Positions 8,055 to 15,220 of a DNA stretch of 36,290 nucleotides are shown piece after piece. The notes beneath the pieces are model-generated. The model searched no databases. It was not told the DNA's origin and saw nothing but the letters and a program-made list of their open reading frames with translations. Where the stretch lies: contig CAZVIU010000003.1 in NCBI GenBank assembly GCA_964626935.1, forward strand, positions 1-36,290, in the 5' to 3' direction. The position numbers and the translations under genes were made by a program. Each line of letters begins with the position of its first letter. The stretch's first letter is position 1. This DNA is from an uncultured Gammaproteobacteria bacterium (GTDB taxonomy: Bacteria; Patescibacteriota; Patescibacteriia; CAZVIU01).

Positions 8055-8160
8055 AAATTAGTTAGAAATTAAATAGAAATTAAGTATAAATAAATAGAAA
8101 TTAGCTCGCTCACGCTCGCGAAATTAGGTTACAACCTAATTTCTACTTAATTTCTACTTC
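8041..8160. repeat. Composite spacer element: phased TAGAAATT direct repeats, central hairpin, inverted AATTTCTA repeats
   Basis: TAGAAATT lies at 8041, 8052, 8063, 8074 and 8095 (11-nt phase, with degenerate TATAAATA at 8085). The hairpin AAATTAGGTT-AC-AACCTAATTT is at 8121-8142. AATTTCTA lies at 8138 and 8149. The array overlaps the paralog-2 stop codon TAG at 8052-8054. Confidence 0.85.
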
Positions 8161-8186
8161 GTTTCGTGAAGCTAATTTTTTTATTT

Positions 8187-10430
8187 ATGTTGGAAACCCG
8201 TCTCTTGCGATCAATTAAGATTTTATTGTACGCGGTACTTTTTGCTCCAGCCGTAGTAACTTACTCAACTGCTTATCCTTTTTTACATGGCAAGGTTTTC
8301 TGGATTGAGATATTCATAGAATTGCTGCTCGGTTTGTACTTAGTTTTAGTTTTAACCAGCAAAGATTATTGGCCAAAGAAAACGCCGCTTTTTTGGGCTA
8401 TGAGCGCGTTTATAGGCTCACTTGTTATTTCAACGATTTTTTCAGTTGATCGATCAATCAGTTTCTGGGGTGATTGGTCCCGTATGACCGGGCTTATTCT
8501 TTATCTACATCTTTTTGCATTTTTCATCATTTTTTCATCAGTTATAAAAAAAGATTATGAGCGACGCAACTATTTGATATTTTTTAGCTTACTCGGCACG
8601 GTTCTATCTATATTCGCCTGGATTCAAAGATACAATACAAAATTTTTAAAAGCAGTTTGGGTGGGTGGCCGTGTCGGTAGCACCATAGATAATCCGGCCT
8701 TTTTCGCGATTTTTTTAATATTCATAATTTTCATCAATCTCTGGTTAGCTTCTGTTGTTAGTAAAAAATACCGATTATTATTTTTTCTAAGCGCAATTTT
8801 TAATTTTCTAACCGTTTTTATTACCCAAACTAGAGGTGTTATTTTGGGTCTTTTTGCCGGAATGGCCATCTTTGCTTTTTTTAGAGTTATTAAGAGCACG
8901 CTTAAGTGGAAAATAGGCTTGGCAATATTTTTGGCATTGATCTTTGCCGCATTTATTTTTAAACCAACATATAATATTTTAACGCGCGCGCCTGGCCTTG
9001 GCAGAGTCTTAGAAAGTACCCTAATAGACTCCACCGCACAAACACGCCTCTTAACCTGGAAAATAGCAACGCGTGCCTGGCTCGCGCGACCAATTACTGG
9101 CTGGGGACACGAAGCCTTTTATGCGGCATTTAATAAATTCTATAAACCGGAATTTGTTCGTTTTTCTTTTTCTGAAACCTGGTTTGATAAAAGCCATAAT
9201 ATTTTTTTAGACCTTTTGTCAATGAACGGGCTCTTGGGTTTTTTTAGCTATATTTCTATTTTTATTTTTGGTTATATTGTAATAAGTCGAAGCAAAAAGT
9301 TGCCGATGGATTCGACGAGCTCGCCACAAGTGGTTACACAAAATAATGCATATATTAACAAATCACTAGTGCCACTTTATATCTCGCTAATTACGACCTA
9401 TTTCGTTGGAAATTTTTTTGAGTTTGATACGCCGGCCTCGCTTTTAGCCATATTTTTTATATTTGCCCTGATTTATTCATATAGCAACACAAATGATGCG
9501 AATGAGGCACGTTTGACGCCAGCGCAAATTGGGCGGCCAATACAGCCGTCAGTTGTCGCCCTCATCATTATAATTATCAGCATATTGTTATGGTTTGTGC
9601 CGATTAAAAGCGTTATTGCTTCCCGCGGTCTTGATCGCGCCAGTGACCTAATAAGAAATAATTTTGCCCAAGGCGCCAGCGCTTATCGCGAAATAATTGT
9701 AAAAAATAGGCGTTTTTCCGAGCCAGCAGCTCTGGAATACGCCATGCGCCTAAATCAGCTTTTATTAACTGATGACGAGGCCGTAATTAAATATAAAAAC
9801 GACTTTGATTTGACCATGAATAAACTTGAGGATAGCGCGAGGCGCCATAAATTTGATGTAAATTACGTTCTGGCCTATAGTCTTTTAGCCAATACCAGAG
9901 CCACAATGGAAACTGATTTTGCCAAAAAGGCTGAAAAATTATTAGAAGAAAATCGCTTGATGATTAATCCAGGTCGTCAGCAGGTTCTTCTCATGCTTGG
10001 AGAGACAAAACTATTATTAGACAAAAACGATGAAGCGATAAATATTTTAAAACAAGCGCAAGACTTGGCGCCAACTGCCCGTGAAATTAGTTATCGACTA
10101 GCCATTGTTTATTTTGCTAGTGGACTTGAAGAAGAAGGATTCGCGCAACTTAAGAAAGCCAAAATTTTAGGCATGGCTGATATCGGCGCGCAGCCGCTCT
10201 TAGTTTTAATAAGTGTAAACGCTTCCAGGGGTAATTGGGTAAAAGTCGCGGAACTTTACGAAAAATCTGTTAAGCTTGAGCCGAATAATGCCAAACTCTT
10301 TGCCCAAATGGCCACAGCTTATGCTACAATCGGGAATAAGAAACGAGCCCGAGAAGCTGTGGCGCGCGCTGTAGAACTTGACCCGAAATTGAAAGGAGAA
10401 GGAGAACAATTTTTAAGACAAGTTAAATAA
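8187..10430 (+). CDS. Wzy_C (O-antigen-ligase family) membrane protein with C-terminal TPR domain, paralog 3
   Basis: Motifs are SVDRSISFWGDWSRMTG, TRGVILG and ITGWGHEAFYAAFNKFYKPEFVRFSFSETWFDKSHNIFLDLL. The TPR motif is LEPNNAKLFAQMATAYATIGNKKRAREAVARAVELDP. ATG 8187 (MLETRLLRSIKILLYAV) aligns with the paralog N-termini. The track starts at GTG 8166. Confidence 0.85.
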   Translation: MLETRLLRSIKILLYAVLFAPAVVTYSTAYPFLHGKVFWIEIFIELLLGLYLVLVLTSKDYWPKKTPLFWAMSAFIGSLVISTIFSVDRSISFWGDWSRMTGLILYLHLFAFFIIFSSVIKKDYERRNYLIFFSLLGTVLSIFAWIQRYNTKFLKAVWVGGRVGSTIDNPAFFAIFLIFIIFINLWLASVVSKKYRLLFFLSAIFNFLTVFITQTRGVILGLFAGMAIFAFFRVIKSTLKWKIGLAIFLALIFAAFIFKPTYNILTRAPGLGRVLESTLIDSTAQTRLLTWKIATRAWLARPITGWGHEAFYAAFNKFYKPEFVRFSFSETWFDKSHNIFLDLLSMNGLLGFFSYISIFIFGYIVISRSKKLPMDSTSSPQVVTQNNAYINKSLVPLYISLITTYFVGNFFEFDTPASLLAIFFIFALIYSYSNTNDANEARLTPAQIGRPIQPSVVALIIIIISILLWFVPIKSVIASRGLDRASDLIRNNFAQGASAYREIIVKNRRFSEPAALEYAMRLNQLLLTDDEAVIKYKNDFDLTMNKLEDSARRHKFDVNYVLAYSLLANTRATMETDFAKKAEKLLEENRLMINPGRQQVLLMLGETKLLLDKNDEAINILKQAQDLAPTAREISYRLAIVYFASGLEEEGFAQLKKAKILGMADIGAQPLLVLISVNASRGNWVKVAELYEKSVKLEPNNAKLFAQMATAYATIGNKKRAREAVARAVELDPKLKGEGEQFLRQVK

Positions 10431-10440
10431 AAACTTAATT

Positions 10441-10553
10441 GAAATTCGGTGGAAATTTGATAGAAATTATCCCCATCTAAATCCTCCCCCTGCGATACAG
10501 GGGGAGGAAGTAGGAGAGGGTTAATTTCAACTGAATTTCGCGCAGTGAATTTC
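10441..10553. repeat. Composite spacer element: phased GAAATT repeats, GC hairpin, inverted AATTTC repeats
   Basis: GAAATT lies at 10441, 10452 and 10463 (11-nt phase). The hairpin CCTCCCCCTG-CGATA-CAGGGGGAGG is at 10483-10507. AATTTC lies at 10523, 10534 and 10548. The architecture matches 8041-8160. Confidence 0.85.
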
Positions 10554-10569
10554 TATTGAATCTCCGACA

Positions 10570-12786
10570 GTGAGTACCGAAAAACTATCAAAATATCTTT
10601 ACAGATTCATAGTTATTGGTCTGTATGCGGCATTACTCATGCCCTTTATTTATATTGATAATCTTATTTTTCCATTTATCACCGGAAAGGTTTTTATTTT
10701 TCAAATTTTGATTGAAGTCTTATTGGCAGCTTGTTTGCTCCTGATTTATTTAGACAGAAGTTTCCTGCCTAAACAGAGCCTTGTTCTCATCTCGGTTTTT
10801 TTATTTTTAATAAGCATAATTTTATCAACAATTTTTTCATATGACCCTGATCGCAGTTTCTGGGGTAATTATGAACGAATGAGCGGAACATTCACACTTC
10901 TGCATTTTGTCGCTTATTTTTTCATACTCGTTGGTATTTTACGCACGCCGCTTACCTGGAAACGGTATCTTACAGCCGCTGTAGCGCTCTCCGGAGTACA
11001 GGCGGTTATTGGTATAGCGCAATACTATTCTACGAATTTACTTTTAACAGCTGGTGGCGGAAGAATTTGGGGCACGCTGGGTAATTATATCTATTTAGCT
11101 ACTTATGCGATTTTTCACATTTTTATTGGCGCGATGCTTTTGGCGGAAGCAGGCAACAAATCGCCATCCAGTAAGAGCAAGTGGTCAAGGGTGGTTTTTG
11201 GCGGATTGATCTTCTTAAATGTGGTTGTGCTTTATCTCTCGGGCACGCGAGGCGGATATGTTGGTTTTTTATCAGGCTTGAGTTTGGTTGCTATTATTTC
11301 TGTTTTTGTAGCCAAAAATAAGAAAGTAAAATTAATTTTTATCAGCGCCCTCATTCTGGTAATTCTCTTCATGGTTATGGGGCGTGTTTATCGCAGCACT
11401 AAATTTGCGCGGAGCCTTCCCATTGTTGGGCCGCTTTTAAATTTAGACATTAAAGCCGATACTGGTTTTACTCGTTTGATCGGTTGGCAATTAGCCCTAA
11501 AGGGTTGGCAAGATAAACCAATTTTCGGTTGGGGACCAGAAAATTACTATTACGCCTTTAATAAGCATTTCGATCCTAGATCACTTGAAAGAGGGTATTA
11601 TGAAACTTGGTTTGATCGGCCGCACAATATAGTCTTTGATGTTTTATCTACCCAAGGGTTAGTCGGGCTCTTAACTTATCTAAGTATTTTTGTAAGTATT
11701 TTTATAGTTTCTTGGCGCGCTTGGCGACAAAAAATAATTTTAGGGTGGCAATTTGCCCTGTCCTTAGGGGGCGTGGGAGCATACTTTACACAAAATCTTT
11801 TCGTTTTTGATCAGCCAAGTTCTTTTCTTTTATTTTATTTGTTTATTGCTTATTTTCATTCATTGGCTGACGGAGAGCGTAAAAGTATTGAGATGGTTAA
11901 AAACGAGAATCAGAAACGTTCAAGCATTTATTTGGCGATTTTATTGGGGGTAGGGGTTTTGTGGCTGGGATATCAAAGCGTCCTAAAGCCATGGAAAGCC
12001 GGGGTTACCTCTATTGCGGCTGAAAGACTACTCACGACTGATTTTAATCAAGCTTTTGCTATATACCGGCGTGCCACCGAAATAGAAACACCATATAAAG
12101 ATGATATACAGGTTAGTTTAGCCAGAATCGTGCATGAGCGAGCCGGAACTGACGCGATCTTTATTCGCGATAATAAAGAAAAAATAGATTTTACCGTGAG
12201 CGAAGTTAAAAAATTCATTGAAATTCACCCTAACGATGTTTATCCATATATGGCCCTGGCGCAACTCTACGGACTTTTAGCCATTATTGATCCACAATAT
12301 TTTGCGCCGGCTGAAGAAGCCCTTGCCAGGGCCGCGCTTCTCTCGCCAAAACGGCAGCAGATCTATTTTGTCTGGGCCAGGTTTAAGGTCATGCAAAAAG
12401 ACTACACGCAAGCTCACGAGCTAATACAAAAAACCATAGATTTCGATCCTCAAGTTTCAGAAACTTATTGGTATCAAGCGTTAATTTATAATTCCGAAGC
12501 CAATGATGCTAAGGCCTTAGAATACATGAAAGAAGCAAGAAAAAGAGGTTATGGGTGGAAAAATACCACGGAAGCATTTTTATTCGGCAGATTGCTCGAG
12601 ATAAACAAAGATTATGATCAAATACCGCAAGTTTTAAAAGAGATCATTAGCTTAGATTCTAAGGCGGAAAACTATTATTATCTAGCCACTGCTTATCAGC
12701 GCTTGGGGAAAAACGAAGAAGCTCAAAGAGCGCTGGGAAAAGCAGTGGAGACGGACCCAAATATTTTACAAAAAATGCAAAAGTGA
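10570..12786 (+). CDS. Wzy_C (O-antigen-ligase family) membrane protein with C-terminal TPR domain, paralog 4
   Basis: Motifs are SYDPDRSFWGNYERMSG, TRGGYVG and IFGWGPENYYYAFNKHFDPRSLERGYYETWFDRPHNIVFDVL. TPR motifs are LLSPKRQQIYFVWARF, ETYWYQALIY and AENYYYLATAYQRLGKNEEAQRALGKAVETDP. The start is GTG. Confidence 0.85.
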   Translation: MSTEKLSKYLYRFIVIGLYAALLMPFIYIDNLIFPFITGKVFIFQILIEVLLAACLLLIYLDRSFLPKQSLVLISVFLFLISIILSTIFSYDPDRSFWGNYERMSGTFTLLHFVAYFFILVGILRTPLTWKRYLTAAVALSGVQAVIGIAQYYSTNLLLTAGGGRIWGTLGNYIYLATYAIFHIFIGAMLLAEAGNKSPSSKSKWSRVVFGGLIFLNVVVLYLSGTRGGYVGFLSGLSLVAIISVFVAKNKKVKLIFISALILVILFMVMGRVYRSTKFARSLPIVGPLLNLDIKADTGFTRLIGWQLALKGWQDKPIFGWGPENYYYAFNKHFDPRSLERGYYETWFDRPHNIVFDVLSTQGLVGLLTYLSIFVSIFIVSWRAWRQKIILGWQFALSLGGVGAYFTQNLFVFDQPSSFLLFYLFIAYFHSLADGERKSIEMVKNENQKRSSIYLAILLGVGVLWLGYQSVLKPWKAGVTSIAAERLLTTDFNQAFAIYRRATEIETPYKDDIQVSLARIVHERAGTDAIFIRDNKEKIDFTVSEVKKFIEIHPNDVYPYMALAQLYGLLAIIDPQYFAPAEEALARAALLSPKRQQIYFVWARFKVMQKDYTQAHELIQKTIDFDPQVSETYWYQALIYNSEANDAKALEYMKEARKRGYGWKNTTEAFLFGRLLEINKDYDQIPQVLKEIISLDSKAENYYYLATAYQRLGKNEEAQRALGKAVETDPNILQKMQK

Positions 12787-12856
12787 CATCTGTCCCCCGT
12801 AGGCGGAACATCTGACATCTGACACGGTGTTAAAAATAATATTTCAAATTGCAAAT

Positions 12857-14014
12857 TTAATATTTGTATAGCTTAACCGTTTTTATAAGCATTTTGTCAA
12901 AGTTGAATTTTTCTTGGAATTGCCTCGCGGTAGCGTGGCTTAAATTGTTGCGTAACTCTTGATTATCAATAAATTTTTTAAGAGCATTTACAATTGCCCT
13001 TGAATCAGCTGGCGGCACTAAAAGGCCGCTTGTTTCATTTTCTAACATTTCTGGTATGGCGCCCACATTTGTCGCTATAATTGGCACACCGGCTTGTATA
13101 GCTTCAAGCAAGGCATAAGGCAGACCCTCTTTTACCGAAGGGAGCACAAAGAGGTCAAAGGCCTTTAGATAGCGAGCTGCATCAGGCAGGGAGCCGATAA
13201 GATAAAAATTTTGCAATCCATAATTCTTAATTCTTAATTCTAAATTCTCGCGTTCTGGGCCAGAACCGATAATGATGAAACTTGGTTCGACCCCTTCTTT
13301 CTTAAGTACGGCTGCTGCATCAATGAGATATTCAATACCCTTGGTTTTATAAAGATTGGCGATGGTGATAATCCACAGCGGGGAATTAAGAATTGAGAAT
13401 TTAGAATTAAGCTTTGCACGCGCCTCATCGCGTGAAAGAAAACTAATTGGATTGATGCCGTGGGGGATTATGGCAAGTTTTTCCTGATCGCAGATTTTAT
13501 TTTTTAGCGCGGCGGCATAATCATATTGAGAGAGCGTAATTATTCTATCGTGAATTTTGCCAGCAACGCGCTCCATAAATACATATAGTTTTTTGCGCCA
13601 CCAAGGCAGAGGTTCGTTAAAAACCCAGCCGTGGGCAGTGTAAATTAATTTAGGTTTTAGGTTGTAGGTTGTAGGTTGTAGGAATTTTTTAGCCACTGTG
13701 CTGATGAGGCTGGCTTTGGAGCTATTTAGATGGACGATGCTGGGCTGCTCCTTTTTAAAAAATTGTGCTAGCTCAAAAATTGCCGCGATATCTTTAAGCG
13801 GATTAATTTCACGGACGAGATTTTTAAAAGTATGCGTATTAATATCCGCTTCTTTGCATTTTTGTATCAATTCCTGACTACCCTCCGCGCCAGATGCAAC
13901 AGTAATATCAAACTCATCTTTTAAGGCAGTTGCCAAATCAAAAACATAGGCTTGCGCGCCACCCCATTCGCCTTGAGTTACCACATAAATTAGCTTTAAT
14001 TTTGCTGGTTGCAT
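12857..14014 (-). CDS. GT4-family (GT-B) glycosyltransferase
   Basis: The N-terminus is KLIYVVTQGEWGGAQAYVFDLA. The C-terminal donor-binding motif is FVLPSVKEGLPYALLEAIQAGVPIIATNVGAIPEMLENETSGLLVPP (EX7E). Confidence 0.9.
   Translation of the reverse strand: MQPAKLKLIYVVTQGEWGGAQAYVFDLATALKDEFDITVASGAEGSQELIQKCKEADINTHTFKNLVREINPLKDIAAIFELAQFFKKEQPSIVHLNSSKASLISTVAKKFLQPTTYNLKPKLIYTAHGWVFNEPLPWWRKKLYVFMERVAGKIHDRIITLSQYDYAAALKNKICDQEKLAIIPHGINPISFLSRDEARAKLNSKFSILNSPLWIITIANLYKTKGIEYLIDAAAVLKKEGVEPSFIIIGSGPERENLELRIKNYGLQNFYLIGSLPDAARYLKAFDLFVLPSVKEGLPYALLEAIQAGVPIIATNVGAIPEMLENETSGLLVPPADSRAIVNALKKFIDNQELRNNLSHATARQFQEKFNFDKMLIKTVKLYKY
13221..13248. repeat. Heptamer array TAATTCT x4 inside GT4 CDS
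   Basis: TAATTCT TAATTCT TAATTCT AAATTCT is read on the minus strand as ENLELRIKNY. Confidence 0.9.
13383..13411. repeat. Heptamer array GAATTAA x4, inverted partner of 13221-13248, inside the same CDS
   Basis: GAATTAA GAATTGA GAATTTA GAATTAA G is read on the minus strand as KLNSKFSILNS. It lies 134 nt from the inverted array. Confidence 0.9.
13651..13682. repeat. Heptamer array TAGGTTK x4.6 inside GT4 CDS
   Basis: TAGGTTT TAGGTTG TAGGTTG TAGGTTG TAGG is read on the minus strand as QPTTYNLKPK. Confidence 0.9.
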
Positions 14015-14076
14015 ATAAGCATTGATCTTGATATTATAGTGTGATATAGTGGTTTATTCAAGTATCTGATTATTGA

Positions 14077-14140
14077 GCGTTTAGCGCATAGCGGTTAGCG
14101 TTTAGTTAATTGTTCTAAACCCTAAACCCTAAACCCTAGG
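14077..14140. repeat. Two heptamer arrays in divergent intergenic region
   Basis: GCGTTTA GCGCATA GCGGTTA GCGTTTA lies at 14077-14104. CTAAACC CTAAACC CTAAACC CTAGG lies at 14115-14140 and ends at the TTG start at 14141. Confidence 0.85.
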
Positions 14141-15139
14141 TTGGTGTACGAGAAACTAAAAAATGCAAAAGTATTGGTTACCGGTGGGGCCGGCTTTATT
14201 GGCTCGCATCTTTCGCGCCGGCTTTTGGATTTGGGCGCGTATGTCGTGGTTTTAGATAATTTAAGTACTGGCGACAAAAATAATTTGAAATCATGCTTAG
14301 ATTTTCCAAATTTTGATTTTTTTCAAGGTGATGTAAATATTAGAGAGCAGGTCGCCCATGTTTTTAATCATGAAAAAATTGATTATGTTTTTCACGGCGC
14401 TGCTGTTGTCGGAGTAAAAAGAGTTGAGGAGGATCCGCTTTTAGTCCTGCGAGATATTGACGGGATAAGAAATATTTTAGAACTGGCACGCGTTCATGGC
14501 GTAAAAAAAGTAGTTTTTTGTTCTTCGTCAGAAGCTTATGGCGAACCGCAAACCTTACCAGAGCGTGAGGATGGGCCGATAAATCCAAATCCGCGCGATC
14601 CTTACGCGCTTGTTAAGCTCCAGGGTGAGAATTTGATTAGAATTTATGCCGAAAAAATGGGACTTCCTGGCTGTTCTCTGCGTTATTTTAATGTTTACGG
14701 TCCCAATCAAATTGCTTCCGCCTATGGTTTTGTGGTAGGAATTTTTATAAATCAAGTTTTGCAGGGGATAAATCCAACCGTTTTTGGCGATGGCACTCAA
14801 ACACGAGATTTTGTTTATATTGATGATAATATTGAAGCCAATGTGAGAGCGTTAATTTTAGACACGGCTAATAATGGCGAAGTTATCAATGTGGGCAGCG
14901 GCAGACAAACAACCATTTTAGATTTAGCGGAAAGGATTGCTCGGTTGTCAGGAAAAGATCTGCCCTCATTGCGTTTGCCAGAAAGAAAGATTGAGATCCG
15001 TTATCGTGCCCCAGACATAACAAAAATGAAAGAATTACTTGGATTCACGCCGCAGGTTTCGTTGGATGATGGTGTGCGGAAAACAATTGAGTGGTACAAG
15101 AATTTCATTGAGCACCCATCGCCGAACGATTATATTTAG
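14141..15139 (+). CDS. NAD-dependent epimerase/dehydratase (extended SDR; UDP-sugar 4-epimerase-like)
   Basis: VLVTGGAGFIGSHL is a Rossmann motif. The SSSEAYG and YALVK (YxxxK) catalytic motifs are present, as is the FNVYGP motif. The start is TTG 14141 or GTG 14144. Confidence 0.85.
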   Translation: MVYEKLKNAKVLVTGGAGFIGSHLSRRLLDLGAYVVVLDNLSTGDKNNLKSCLDFPNFDFFQGDVNIREQVAHVFNHEKIDYVFHGAAVVGVKRVEEDPLLVLRDIDGIRNILELARVHGVKKVVFCSSSEAYGEPQTLPEREDGPINPNPRDPYALVKLQGENLIRIYAEKMGLPGCSLRYFNVYGPNQIASAYGFVVGIFINQVLQGINPTVFGDGTQTRDFVYIDDNIEANVRALILDTANNGEVINVGSGRQTTILDLAERIARLSGKDLPSLRLPERKIEIRYRAPDITKMKELLGFTPQVSLDDGVRKTIEWYKNFIEHPSPNDYI

Positions 15140-15220
15140 TAATTAAGTCATTGGTCACTAAGTCATTGAGACAATTTTAAATGACTGTTAATTACTTAAT
15201 TACTTAATTACTTAATGACT
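15140..15220. repeat. Inverted octamer arrays spanning the spacer between SDR and GT4 genes
   Basis: The left arm is TAATTAAGTCATT..CTAAGTCATT. The right arm is AAATGACT GTTAATTA CTTAATTA CTTAATTA CTTAATGA. CTTAATTA is the reverse complement of TAATTAAG. The element begins right after the stop codon at 15137-15139, and ATG 15215 lies in its last unit. Confidence 0.85.

Noticed and set aside
13249-13382. The 134-nt segment bracketed by inverted heptamer arrays, considered as an invertible switch.
   Set aside because: No recombinase is nearby. The segment encodes the core GSGP/KG strand-helix of the GT4 C-domain, and its length is not a multiple of 3, so inversion would destroy the gene. It is kept only as a minor alternative under the 13221-13411 finding.
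14115-14140. (CCCTAAA)x3.5 is identical to the plant-type telomere repeat.
   Set aside because: It is internal, only 26 nt long, flanked by bacterial genes on both sides, and is one of many different heptamer arrays in the window. The match to telomeric sequence is a coincidence.
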